A stretch of 64,000 nt of DNA from the human T2T-CHM13v2.0 reference genome, Homo sapiens (GCF_009914755.1 NC_060928.1), one strand, 5' to 3'; shown: positions 41,400-54,731, counted from the stretch's first letter. Numbers and translations are program-made. Notes: generated from the sequence alone by a model not told the origin.

Positions 41400-43580
41400 T
41401 CCAGTGTTTACATTAATACCTTGGAGAGAGGATGCTCATATAATTTAAACATAAGGTTAAATGTAAAAGATAGTTCATAGTTTCAGAATTAAAGCAATAT
41501 TGAAATAAACCTACACACATATAAACAACTAGACAAAAGCGTCAAGGCAATTCAACTGAGAAAAATAAAGTCTTTTCAAAAGATGATTTCAGAACAATTA
41601 GACGCCCATGGGGAATAGATGGGGATGAATCTTGAGCCCCTACCTCACACTATATACAAAAATTAATTTAAGATGAATCCCAGACTCAAATGTAAAAGCT
41701 AAAACTGTAAGTTTTATAGGGGAAACAAGAAATTACCTTAGTGATGTGTAGGGAGGGGAAAAAAGCCTAAATTAACCATAAGTTGACAAATTTGACTGTA
41801 TTGAAATTGAAAAATTAGTCAACAACAAAAGACACATGAAGAAAATAAAAATGTAAACCACAGATTGGGAAATATATATATATATATAATAAAGGACTCA
41901 AATCCAGAATTAAAATGACTCCTACTAACCAACAATTTGATTTAAAAACAGGCAAAAGTTCTTTCCCATCTTGCCAGATGGTGGTGAAAAAATTGAGAAG
42001 CTGGATACTAAAGAGAAGGAACCCGAAGCCACGAAGGCTGATGCTGGTGGTAAGGTGAAAACGGGTAACTTCAAGGCTAAAAGCCCCAAGAAGGGGAAGC
42101 TCCACTGTGGCCAAAATCCTATCCTTATTAGAGGAATTGGCAGATATTCCTCATCTGCTATATATTCCAGAAGTGCCATGTACAAGAGGAAGTACTCAGC
42201 CAATAAATCCAAGGTTGAAAAGAAAAAGAAGGAGAAAGTTCTTGTAACTGTTACAAAACCAGTTGGTGGTGAGAAGAATGGTGGTAACCTAGGTGGTTAA
42301 ACTTCACAAAATGCCTAGATATTATCCTACTGAAGATGTGTCTCAAAAGCTGCTGAGCCACAGCAAAAACCTTCAGTCAGCATGTGACAAACTGCGAGCC
42401 AGCATCACCCCAGGGACCATTCTGATCATCCTCTCTAGGTGTCACAGAGGCAAGAGAATGGTTTTCCCGAAGCAGCTGGCTACCGGCTCGTTACTTGTGA
42501 CTGGACCTCTGGTCCTCAATTGAGTTCCTCTAGAAGAACACACCAGAAATTTGTCATTGCCACCTCAACCAAAATTGGTATCAGCAATGTAAAAATCTCA
42601 AAACATCTTACTGTTGCTTACTTCAAGAAGAGGCAGCTGCAGAAGCCCAGATATCAAGAAGGTGATATCTTCGACACGGAAAAAGAGAAATGACCAGTGC
42701 AAGGTTGATCAGAAAGCTGTGGACTCAAATTTTAACAAAAATCAAAGCCATTCCTCAGCTCCAGGGCTACCTATAATCTGTGTTTGCCCTGACAAATAAA
42801 ATTTAACCTCACAAAGTGGTGCTCTAAATTTCTTAAGAACCTAATTAAGTAACTGATAACATTAAAAAATAAAAACAAGCAAAAGATGTGAATACACATC
42901 TTGAAAAGAAGATGTTTGTATAGCCATGGAAGGGCACTCAACACCATCAGGCAACTGCAAAATAAAACCAAAATGATATATTATAATGCGTTCATTAGAA
43001 TGATTAAAATTTAAAGACTGACAACAGAAAATTTTCTAAAAAATGTGGAGCAACTAGAATTTACATAGATTGCTACTGGGGGTCTAATACTGATTGAAAA
43101 ATTCTTATAAAGTTATATGTACATTTACTCTTCAATCTACCCCTCTTAGGTATTAACCCAAGATAAACGAAAACATACATCCACACCCAGATTTGTACAA
43201 AAATGCACATCACAGCACTATTTATAATACCAAACACTGAAAACAATCCAGATGTCCATCAACATGGGAATAAATGGAATCCTGTTTAACTATTTCAAAA
43301 AATGAATTACTGACACATGTGAGTAAAAAAAAATACTATATGATTACATTTATAAAATATTCAAAAACAGGTGAAACGAATCTCTTGTGGTAAAAATCAC
43401 AGTAGTTGCCCATAGGAGGTGGGCAAATGAGTGAAAGAGGGTGTGAGGGAAATTTCTGAGACTATAAATATATTCTGTATCTTGACGGAGGTGTTAGTTA
43501 TCCTGGTGTAGAAAGGTATCAAAACCTACTAGATCGTACACTTAAGAACTGTAATTCACACATACAAATTTTACCTCAAT
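41400..43580 (+). mobile_element. Old L1M (ORF2 3' end and 3' UTR) interrupted by the RPL6 pseudogene
   Basis: L1 ORF2-like sequence (cctacctcacactatatacaaaaattaat; aaaggactcaaatccagaat) continues after the TSD (aaagaagatgt...aaaataaaacca...cattagaatg). Confidence 0.8.
41959..42869 (+). pseudogene. RPL6P12: Processed pseudogene of ribosomal protein L6 (RPL6/eL6)
   Basis: Intronless copy running from a pyrimidine 5' leader (ttctttcccatcttgccagATG, ATG at 41978) to the stop at 42825-42827 and a short A tail. RPL6 peptides ([54 protein letters not shown]) are split over different frames. TSD taaaaacaggcaaaag (41943-41958) / taaaaacaagcaaaag (42870-42885). The parent gene is secure; the pseudogene number is from memory and unverified. 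Confidence 0.93.
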
Positions 43581-43599
43581 ACCAAAGGATATTAAGGTA

Positions 43600-43870
43600 A
43601 CACTGGAAGGCCAAGGTGGTAGGATATCTTGAGGCTGGGAGTTCAAGATCAGCCTAGACAAAATAGTGAGTCCCTGTCTCTAAATAAAATTAAAAATAAA
43701 TTAGCTGGGCATGGTGGGACAGGCCTATAGTCCCAGCTACTCAGGAGGCTAAGGTAGAAGGATCACTTGAGCCCAGGAACTCCAGGTTGCAATGAGCTAT
43801 GATTGTGTCACTGCAGTCCAGCCTGGGCAACAGAGTGAGACCTCACCTCTAAAAACAAAAACAAAAGCAA
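43600..43870 (+). mobile_element. 5'-truncated AluJ
   Basis: ggccaaggtggtagga...gatcacttgagcccagga...gagacctcacctct plus tail. Confidence 0.85.
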
Positions 43871-44099
43871 AAGTATCACAATGAGTAACAAACCACACTG
43901 GCTTTCAAGAGAATGGCAAAATGAGAAAAACAAGAAATCTGAAATTCAGAGGTATGGAGATTAATGCACATAAAGATGTCTACTTTTCCAAAAGGAAATT
44001 ACAGAACAGAAATGATTGTACATAATGTACTGTCACTCCTAGAATCTGACCTTATTAGCACCAGTCAGTCTCTCACTAGATGTCCAGGATACATTCTGA

Positions 44100-44500
44100 A
44101 TCCCATAAACAAAAGGAACAGAGAAGTTTGGCATATTCAGTAGAGAGAGATAAAGATGATAAAAGTGTTGGAAAATATTGACAGAAAAGCTGTAGAAACT
44201 GAGATGTATTAGTACAGCAGTATTATTCTAGAATAAGTCTTCAAATACCATGAAAAGGTCTTACACAAAGAGAGTAAGTCTGATTGGAACTCGCTGAATA
44301 AAAAAATACAGGCTTAAACTCATGCATGCATTATTTAAGTTGGATAAAGGAATTTCCTGACAGAGAGGGTTGTTAAATATTGCAGTGGATTATGATATCT
44401 TTCACTGGAGACTTTGAAAAAATGAACAGTCTCACGTTTGGTTCTGCCCAAAGGCAAAGGGACAGACTATGACTGATGATCTCTAGTAATCTATGATTTC
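44100..44500 (+). mobile_element. Ancient L3/CR1 fragment
   Basis: gtcttcaaatacc...gaatttcctgacagagagggttgttaaa...tcactggagacttt resembles the CR1 3' end. Confidence 0.45.
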
Positions 44501-44937
44501 TTTGGCAATCAAATCATCTGAGAGAAAAAGTTTATTCTTGATGATTTTGTCCTTTGTTTCTTAGGGGTGGAATCTCAATAATAATGATAGTGATGAGGTA
44601 TGAGAGAGTGAGCAGGGAGGAGACATTTGGAAAGAAAATGAAATGAGAATATGAATTCGCCTACAGAAATCAAATCAAGCCAGCTTCAATACTCCAAAGT
44701 CTGTCATGACCTTCTACAATGTCATTAGGAAAAGCAGAAACAAGCTCAGCTGTGGTCAAACCAAGCTGCCTTTTATCTTCTTATTTTTGCTGTTGAGAGT
44801 AATACATAATATGTGCATATTACTGTTACTGTTCTTCAAAGGAGCATTCTTCTAGTCAATTAAATGTGAAGTTTATATAGTAAGGATTAAACAATTACTT
44901 CAGGAAAATATCTTCTTACTTTGAAATAAACTTATTA

Positions 44938-45369
<432 letters not shown>

Positions 45370-45444
45370 TTAAAGGTGAGAGAAGGAAGGAAGATCTTTG
45401 GACCACTTAAAAATTTTTTATTTAATCAAAATTTACTGTTATTT

Positions 45445-45576
45445 TTCACTTTTTCTTTTGAGACAGGGTCTTACTCTGTCAACCAGGCTGGAATGCAGTG
45501 GTGTGATCAGGGCTCACTGAAGCCTCGACCTCCTGGGCTCAAGCAATCCTCCTGTCGTAGCCTCCTGAATAGCTCG
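45445..45576 (-). mobile_element. AluJ right-arm fragment, inverted relative to the preceding Alu
   Basis: ttttgagacagggtcttactctgt...ctcctgggctcaagcaatcc. Confidence 0.85.
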
Positions 45577-46705
45577 GTCCATTGGAAATGAGGCTTTAAA
45601 AATACTTTGTAAATATTCTGTGGTACTAAAATGAGTGTTACTAGAAGATCCTAATTGCCTTTATGCTCTAATTTCTCCATTATTCGACTGTGCAAGAAAT
45701 GCTACTGGAAAAAGTAATATCCATTTGCAATGAACAATTTTATCAATAGATAGATTAATGGGCAGTTTTATTGAGGCTTCCTTAAAAAAAAAAAAAGTCT
45801 TCCAATTCAAATATACTGATCACCAAAAATAAGAAATGAGAGCAACTTAAAGGGAAATGGTTTACTAAGCCAGTTGCAGCAAGCCCAGACCCAAATGTTA
45901 TTTTGTTCTAAATAAATAAATAGTAGAATATGAATTACAGGTGTTTTCAACCAAAATGAACCATTTATATTAAAATGACACATTTTTTTCTGTTTCTAGG
46001 TGATTAAATAAATAGCAAAGAAAATCAAGCAAGAGCCCATGCGTGCACCTGAGACTACTTTTGTTAAGCATTTCGTGTATACTGCATAAGAAGGTAACAG
46101 ATCATGCTAGCTGTATTCCTACTAATGAAAAATTTAAGATGAGAAAATTAATAATCGGAATACTTTTGGTCATGGCAACAGACTAAATTACTATTTTTAA
46201 ACATCTTGCCAATATATTAAAACACATGCTTTTTGAAAATTGTTTAACTAAATTTTTTTTAGGCAAAGCAACTAATTTTACATGTTCACCAGGCTGTGAG
46301 CTATGTGAGGGCAGGGCTGGAGCTCATTCATCTTCATATCCTGGGGGCGCAACACACAGCAAAGAATCAGCTCATTAGATGACTACTTTTCTGCTACTTC
46401 TTCCTTCATTCCATCCTATATAGATCTGCCAGATTCATCTTCCTGAAATACAACTTTTATCATCAGATCACCTGTCTGATCTAATCTGTCTGATCTGTCT
46501 GAAATACAACTTTTACCATCAGAGCATGTGTCTCATCTGGAAAAGAAGAGCTGAAAAATGACACAAGGGTTCAGAGATACGGAAAACAGCTCTAACAAGA
46601 TCTAATATTTATCTAAAGTGAGTGTTACAAAGAAGAAAGTGACAATAAGGAGAACTGTAAAATAAATACAGTAATTGAAGGAAATTTTCCTGAACTAAAA
46701 ACACT

Positions 46706-47083
46706 TGTCTTTAAACTTAATTTTAGGCTAAAGCTACTTCCTTATATTTAAGTTTGACCTAAAGGTTTCTCCACACATAGTGAAGTATAACCTAACCAGA
46801 TTTGTAAACAAACTGTAACCTACTCTTGCAGGAATCAGAGTTCTGGCCAATCGCAGGCAGCCAATTGTTCAAACTGGGTTCAAATGAGGCAAACACCACG
46901 GTGTAACCAATCAGGTTGTTTCTGTACCTCACTTCTGTTTTCTGTGAATCAGAGAGGATTTCGGTCCATGAATCCTCTCTGACCACACAGCAGCACCAGA
47001 GTTGCTCTGAACCTATTATGGTTGGGGGAACTGAATTGTTCTTTGCTCAATTAAATTATGTTGAGTTTGTTTCTCTTTTAACA
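46706..47083 (+). mobile_element. Solo ERV1 LTR, MER57-like
   Basis: tg...ttttaaca termini. Internal gtaaacaaactgtaacctactcttg, ggccaatc, gtaaccaatc, ctttgctcaattaaa. Flanks cact / cacc. Confidence 0.8.
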
Positions 47084-47869
47084 CACCCAAGATCTCAGAA
47101 CAGTCTCATTAAGTGCTAAGCAGATTAATGAGGGGGAAACAGACCGTATTCAGGCACATCTCATTACAATTCAAAACTCCAAAGATAAGTGAAAAATTCT
47201 AAAAGATTTGGGTCAGAGGTGGAATGTAAGTAGAATATGACTTATTGATAGTAATATAGGAGAAAAGTAGACAGCAGAAAAAAGGCTTTACATTTCTAAG
47301 GGAGCATGATTTAGAAGAACTTGGCCAGCTAAACTGTTAAATATGTGTCTGAACAAAATACTGATTATTTTTGAACACCCCAAATCTCAGAAACTTTATT
47401 ACCTGTGCCTTTCAAGTGAAAACTATAACAATTATGCAAGGAAGTATCTCCCAGCCTACAATATTCCCCTCACAAAAAACCACAGAAGACTCCTAGAGAA
47501 ATGAAATGTGATACAAGAAATGTGGATGGCTCAATATGATCTAGAAGAGATGAAGAAAATGAAATTTTAAAAAGATCCACTGGATCTAGAGGTGGGGCAG
47601 GGTCTGGTGAAAGGTTATATCTGCTTCTTCTCCATCCGCACTGCAGTGAATCATGTTTATATAATCATAATACTGCAAATGCTATTTTTATGGGACTTGG
47701 GGAATTAATTACAGCTACAGAATAGAATGTTATAAACTCTGACAATATCAAAATAACAATACACTGAACTAAAACCAAGAGTTAGGCTTAAAGGAAGGTG
47801 GGAGGTAGAAGTACTCTAAATTTTCCACTCTGAAATTGATACTGTATGAGCCTAAGAAAGCAAGAGCTG

Positions 47870-48338
47870 AAAACATATTATTGAAGGCTTGGGTCACCCC
47901 ACCAGGTAAAAAGCCACGACCAGCTCAGTTGCTTGCTGAAGGCAAAGGGAATACAGAATGAGTAGTAGAAGAAGGCAGTTATCAATACTGGCTAAAACCA
48001 TGTGTCCAGTTACAGAAAGGAGGACTGTACTATCATGAGTAATTCCTCCTTATTTTAAGAATATGCCCGTACATGGATATACCTGTACTCAGAAAATATC
48101 TTCGTTTTACTTCCTTTCTTCTTCCTTTATCATGTAACATGAGATTTATTGACTTCATATCAGCATTTAAATGTCATTAACTTTATATAATAGCATTTAG
48201 GTTAAGGATTAGGGCATTTTCAGTTGTACAAAATATAGTTGTATTATGTTAGGTGTAATTATGACCTTATTGTTTTTATTTGGAGATTAAGTATGATTTA
48301 AGGAGATGTGTATGGGGCTAAGTTGACAAGGGGTCAAC
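47870..48338 (+). mobile_element. HERVL internal 3' region
   Basis: gttgcttgctgaaggcaaagggaatacagaatg...gatttattgacttcatatcagcatttaa...aagttgacaagggg polypurine tract. Confidence 0.75.
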
Positions 48339-48339
48339 T

Positions 48340-48535
48340 ATTATGGTTCACATTAGGTGTCAACTTGATCAGATTGAGGGATGCCTAGATGGTTGCTAAG
48401 GTATTGTTGGCTGGCAGGGGTGAGGGTGTTGCCAGAGGAGACTGACATTTGACTGACATTTGGGCTGGGAGAGAAAGACCCACCAATTGGCTGCCAGCGC
48501 GGCTAGAACAAAGCAAGCGAAGAAGGTGGGATGTA
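48340..48535 (+). mobile_element. MLT2B-type LTR, 5' part only
   Basis: atggttcacattaggtgtcaacttga...attgagggatgcctagatgg...gggtgttgccagaggagactgacattt. Confidence 0.75.
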
Positions 48536-49788
48536 ATGGTAACCAGTAGAACTAAAGAATAGAAAACAGTAATAGCACTTACCCCTGGAAAGCAGGACTA
48601 GGGTAGGAGAGAAGAGAGAGGGACACTCTTGCTCTCTATTTTAGAATCTTCTTTGAGGTTATGTATTTTCTATCATGAACAGATATTACTCTAAAACTAA
48701 AATGTGTAAGAAAAAGTGTGTGAAATTCTAATACACTTGCTATAAATAGAGTATCTTGTTTACTAAATAATTAAGATATACAAAGAGGAGTAATAATAAA
48801 AAAGATAATCCACTGTATCCACAAACTGACTTGAGAAATAAAGCATTATAAATGCAATTGAAGCCTTCTGTATTTTTCTTCGCCAACCACATAGTAGATC
48901 AACTTTTAAAAGAAAAGAAGCAAATCTAGATGGACCCTTACTATTGTCCCTGCTCATCCACCTAATCCCACTCCTACTTGCTCCTGACCATTCCTGATTA
49001 AGATATTCAGTTGCACCAAATAATTGACTCAGGCACCTTAACAAAATATTAATATGACATTAGTAAAACTCCCACCGTGCCCCCTTGTTATTCAGACTGT
49101 ATGTCTTATAATAAATACAAGCTTGCTGTGCTAAGTTTTTTCTGGGATTAAAAAAAAAAAAGTAGCAAAAGAACACAGTAAGTCCAGTGATTGAGGAAAT
49201 GAAAAACAAGATATAAATTGTCACTACAATCATGCTCCCTGCTTCTGCAAGACCTTGTGATTCAATTAGTATGATTTCACCTTAAGTGTTTGTGTCTGAG
49301 GAGCTGGTGATCCTGAGGCGCTGTAGATCCTGGGGTCTGGAGGGTTACACATGTTAGCTCTGGAGAAAACAATAAAAGCCTAAATACCTTCCCTTAATTT
49401 GAGAGGGGTTAGCTTACTGAGCTTGTGAAATATGTGGAAACCACTATCTAACCATTTACAAGCTACCTTTTTTTTTAATAAGCTACTTTTAAAGAGGAGG
49501 GGTAGCAAGTTGGCCATGTCTTAGAACCTTGGTTATGAAAACTTCATTAATCAGAGACAAGATTTTTAAATGTTTAAAAGAATATGGCTATTACCCTCTT
49601 TCTCACCAAGTCTTTTAGAAAAATAAGATCACCCTACCCACACACCACCACTACCAAATACCTGACTTTAAGGATACGGCTAATGCTAGTTCTTCAATTG
49701 TAATTTCCTGAGTTATATATATATATATATGGTGACTGAATTCATACCTGAAGCAGCCCCATCCTGATAACACAATAAAAACCAATGC

Positions 49789-50076
49789 TTTTCTTGAGAC
49801 AGGGTCTCACTCTGTCACCCAGGCTAGAGTGCCGTGGCGCAATCATGGCTCACTGCAGCCCCGACCTCCGGGCTGAAGTGATCCTCTCTCTTCAGCCCCT
49901 CGAAAGCTGTGACTACAGGCACGTACCAGCATACCTGGCTAATTTTTGTATGTTTTGTAGGGGTAGGGTCTCTCTATGTTGCCTAGGCTGCTCTCAAATT
50001 CTTAAGACTCAAGCAATCCTCCCGCCTCAGCCTCCCAAAGTGCAGGGATTATTGGCGTGAGCCATCATGCCAGGCC
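49789..50076 (-). mobile_element. AluJ
   Basis: gagacagggtctcactctgtcacccaggc...ggcgtgagccatcatgccaggcc. Confidence 0.88.
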
Positions 50077-50087
50077 AAAACTGGTGC

Positions 50088-50237
50088 TTTTCAAGCTTTA
50101 ATGAGGGCACGAATCACCTGGACTTCCTGTTAAATGCATACATAGTCTGATTCAGTACCTCTGGGTGGGGCAAGAGAGACTGCATTTCTAACAGTCTCAG
50201 GTGATACTGATGCTGCCCAGGGAGCCACACTTTGAGT
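50088..50237. mobile_element. MER5A (hAT-Charlie)
   Basis: gaatcacctgg...tctgattcagta...tgcatttctaac...tgatgctgc...ccacactttgag. Confidence 0.7.
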
Positions 50238-50589
50238 AAAAGGGGAATCCAGTATCAATCTCCTTCCCAATCTCCTTTGGGTGTTTTTCTTTCTCAATTG
50301 CTCCATCTTCTGACATTTGCTCTTTTCTAACTAAATTTACTCCCAAGATGATCTCATCTATTTCCTTCTTTTAAAACCATTTACACAAGCCATTCTCAAC
50401 CCTGACTGCATATTAGGATCAACTAGGGAGTCATTTTTTCTTCTTCTTTTAAAGTTTTCTAAAGCCCCACCCCAAACCAATTAAATAAAAATCTCTGGGG
50501 CTGGGTCAGAAGCATACGGATTTTGAAAAGCTCCTTAGTGACTCTCATATGAAGCGCTAAGAACTGTGGATCTACACAACGATGTCTCC

Positions 50590-51500
50590 CAGATCTAACC
50601 TCAGCTATAACCTCTCCCCTGCGCACCAAGGGCCTACTTCACATCTCCTGTTGAATATCTAATAGGCATCCACAAATCAACGTGTCCAAAACAGACCTCT
50701 TGGTTTCCACCTACCCCCATGAAAATCTGATCCTCTACCAGTTTTCCCCAATGTTGGTAAATAGCCCACTGTTCACCTCGTTGCTTGGGCCAAAAGACTG
50801 GGCTTCACCATGATGCCTCCGTTCCCATTCTTTCACATTGCACATCCACTTAATGCATCAGCAAGTCTGCCAGCTTTGACTTCAGAACAACCCCCAGTCA
50901 GTCCACTTCTGACAATTTCTACTGCTACCAGCCCAAGCCAGATCAACACCATCTGTATTGCCACTATTAACACCCTAGCACCTATTATCCACAGTCTTGC
51001 CTGTTAACCTCAGAACGGCTTTCCCTCCCACTTGAAATACAAACTCCTTCCTGTGGCTCCCAAGGCTTTCTATCATCTGGTCCCGGCTAACCTCTCTGGC
51101 TCCCTCTCCAATTCTTCTCCCATCCCTACATCCTACTCCTGCTACACTGGCCTTGTTGTTGCTTCTTGACCACTCCAGGCTCTTCCCTGCCTCAGGATCC
51201 TTCTCTTACTTTTCCTTCTGCTTAGAATATTCTTTACAGGCTTATTCCTAATCATCATTCAGGTCTCTGCTCTAATGTCATCTCAGAAGGCTTCCCTGAT
51301 TATCCCACAATAGCCTCAACCCAACCAGCACCCAACACAACTTCCTCACCCTGAACTTTCTACCCTGCTCGTTTTCTTCATGACATTTATCATGACTAGG
51401 CACCGACCCACCCAAAACCACTAGACCATAAGCTCTAAAAAAACTGTCTTGTTCAACAGAGAATCACAGGCCTATATCCATACCTGAGGCAAGTTGTACA
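50590..51500 (+). mobile_element. L2 fragment
   Basis: tctaataggcatcc...gtccaaaacaga...cacactggccttg...ccctgcctcagg...tcattcaggtctctgctc. Confidence 0.7.
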
Positions 51501-51509
51501 CACTTAATG

Positions 51510-51935
51510 CATTTTGCACTATTTGTATCTTCCCTCTCCCCCCATCCCCCAATTCATAAATTGAAACCCTAACCAGTGCGAGAGTATTTGGAGGTGGGAC
51601 CTTTGGAAGGTAATTAGGTTTGGTTAGTATGAGAGTGGAACCACAGGGGATGAGGTCATGGGGTGGAGGTCCCATGATGGGATTGCTGCCTTTGTAAGAA
51701 AAGACACAAGAGAGATTCCTTTCTCTTCCTTTCTGTCCACATGCACATACCAAGGAAAGGCCATGGAGCACACAGTAAGAAGGTGGCAAGCCAGGATGAG
51801 AACCTTCACCAAGAACAGATTCTGCCAGCTCCTTGAGCTTGGACTTTCCAGCGTCCAGAACTGTGAGAAATAAATCTCTGTTGTTTATACTCCCCAGTCA
51901 GGTATTTTGTCCTAGCAGCCCAAGATCCCTAAGAC
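51510..51935 (+). mobile_element. MaLR LTR, MLT1A-like
   Basis: gtatttggaggtgggacctttggaaggtaattagg...ccagaactgtgagaaataaat...ctaagaca. Confidence 0.8.
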
Positions 51936-52207
51936 ATTGGTGAAAGGAATAAACAAGTCAATGGGGAGCAGCCTGGATGGATCTGTCATGTGCCCCCCAA
52001 GCTCTGGGACTGTCCATCCTTTGGAATATCTAGCATTTTCATCAATAATTTGAATGACGGTACATTAGGGCATATTTAATTTGCCAGTGACACAAACCTG
52101 TAAGTCATGCTAGCTACCTTACATGTTCAATAACAGAAATATGATTTTAGAATATTTTCATGGGTGATCAATTTTAACCGAACAAAACAAATATTAATTT
52201 TAACTGA

Positions 52208-52553
<346 letters not shown>

Positions 52554-52599
52554 AATTTATATAGTTCCTTGATTAAAACCACTTGTGCTGGGCATGGTA

Positions 52600-52797
52600 G
52601 CTAGGATTAAAGGTGCATGTTACCGTGCCTGGTTAATTTCTGTTGTTGTTGTTGTTGTTGTTGTAAAGACAGGGTTTCGCTATGTTGCCCGGGTTGGTCT
52701 TGAACTCCTGGCCTCCAGTGATCCTCCTACCTTGGCATTCTTTAGGAGGCTGGGATTTTGGTGCTGGGATTACAGATGTAAGCCACCTCCCCCAGCC
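52600..52797 (-). mobile_element. Degenerate AluJ part with (GTT)n linker
   Basis: gacagggtttcgctatgttgccc...gtgctgggattacag. Confidence 0.75.
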
Positions 52798-53686
52798 TAC
52801 AACTCTTCAAAGCACTGTTGGTTACTTATATTTGATGGATAATAAGCCATCTTTAAGTACAGCACTTATATGTAATTCAATTATTACAAAGCAAATAAGG
52901 GATGGTATGGCATCCTGTGTCAACCCTGCACACACAGCTGCCTGGTAAACAGAAGAATACCTGTCATTATGGTTTTGCTTATCTTTCTGCCCTTCAATTT
53001 CAAATTTTTCAGAAAACATAGATCATTTTTCTAAAGACTTCCTCAGCTTGTACACTAGAGAATCTTTATAATCACCCACTTGTACCAAAGGGGACATTTT
53101 TCATTCTCTAATTAAATAAGAAGACAAATAAGCAAAGGCCAATACTTGCAAGAACAGAAACAAAGAGCTATTATAAAAGTAAGCATTGAAATTATCCCCA
53201 CACTGACTTTAATGAGCACACAATAAATTTGTAAATGCAATAAAAATATATTAAATACACATGAAAGAACATTCGTAATCAATTCTGTATGTCCACATCA
53301 CTGAAAGAATTAGTCTAAAAGAACTATGTTAGATGTTAGTTTTATAATTAGGCACATTTCAACTATGTGTTAACTGTCTGATCTACTAATTTAAAATAAA
53401 CCATTCAAATGTGTTTAAATATCTATAATGCTTTCAAGTTGCTTACATATATGTAAACAAGTTTCCATAAAGTTTAGAGGTTAAAAGATAGAGGAAAGAT
53501 CTTATATGTAGGTAACAGATATAGTTTCCTTATATTTGAATGAAAACCTTACATATGTGTATGTATATAATATATATATATATGCTCACGTTATACATAC
53601 ACATATATATGCATCTCATATATGTGATAGTTAAAGGCCTTGGTTCTCTCAGGCAAGATCCTTGAGAGTAAAAAAGAACTTTTTTT

Positions 53687-53986
53687 GGTTGGGCACGGTG
53701 GCTCATGCCTTTGGAAGTCTGAGGTGAGTGGATCGTTTGGGGTGAGGAGTTTGAGACGAGCCTGGCCAACATGGTGAAACCCTGTCTCTACTAAAAATAC
53801 AAAAATTAGCTGGGCATGGTGGTGGGCACCTGTAACCCCAACTACTCAAGAGGCTGAGGCAGAAGAATCGCTTGAACCCAGGAGGTGGAGTTTGCAGTGA
53901 GCCGAGATTGCGCCAGCATGCTCCAGCCTGGGAGACAGAGTGAGACTCTGTCTCAAAAAAGTAAACAAATAAACAAAAAAAAAAAA
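53687..53986 (+). mobile_element. AluS with a small left-arm deletion
   Basis: ggttgggcacggtggctcatgcctttgg...gagactctgtctc plus tail. Confidence 0.9.
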
Positions 53987-53996
53987 TTTTTTTTTA

Positions 53997-54108
53997 AATA
54001 AGCAACTATGCTTATTTAAAAAAATAAGCAACTATGCTTATTTAAAAAAATAAGCAACTATGCTTATTTAAAAAAATAAGCAACTATGCTTATTTAAAAA
54101 AATAAGCA
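53997..54108. repeat. Perfect tandem repeat, about 4.3 copies of a 26-bp palindromic unit (aaataagcaactatgcttatttaaaa)
   Basis: agca recurs at 54001, 54027, 54053, 54079 and 54105. aaataagca is the reverse complement of tgcttattt. Confidence 0.95.
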
Positions 54109-54159
54109 TTGTTATGTTTTGAGGCACAGAATCACAGGGATTTGGGGCTAAAAAACCTT

Positions 54160-54275
54160 AAGAATTATTTAGCCCAGCTTCCTCACATCAGGACGAGGAA
54201 GTACATTCAATGCCCAAAAGTCACACAGCTGGTTAGCAGCAAAGCCAAGACTTGGGCCCAGACCTGGGTGGACAG
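54160..54275 (-). mobile_element. MIR fragment
   Basis: tgcccaaaagtcacacagctggttagcagcaaagcc. Confidence 0.6.
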
Positions 54276-54731
54276 GGCTCTGGAACACAGGTACTTTGGT
54301 TCTGACATACTGTGGGGGCAAGAGGAGTCTGAAGGTGATGAAAATGCAAATGCACTGCCCCAAAACAGGTTAGATGAGGTATAAACTGGGATCTGAGGTG
54401 CCAAAATTTATGGGATTTAGGCCTTTCTCTCCTGAATGTAAAACCAGTCCAATCAGGCCTAGACCATGTATGCAATAAATTTGTGTTTCTTTGCTATTCC
54501 CTAATGTCTCAGTCTTTTCCCATTCTTAGATGCACAATCCATTAGATCCAGATCAACACAAACTGCTCTCCCCCAAAATGGGTTGTACTCTTGAAAATTA
54601 CTTTGTAGTATGGAAGAGTTTTAGGTAATATCAAGTTACTTATTTTTCACTGATAGCTTAATACAAATGTAAAACTCCTGCCAAATGCTGGAAGTCCAGG
54701 GAAAAATACATTGCATAGTAGACCCTACCCA

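Noticed and set aside
41971-42799. Functional RPL6 gene
   Set aside because: Multiple frameshifts and stops, no introns, and TSDs mark it as a processed pseudogene.
53997-54108. CRISPR-like array of palindromic repeats
   Set aside because: The units are directly adjacent with no unique spacers, no cas genes are present and the context is a primate intron. It is a minisatellite.
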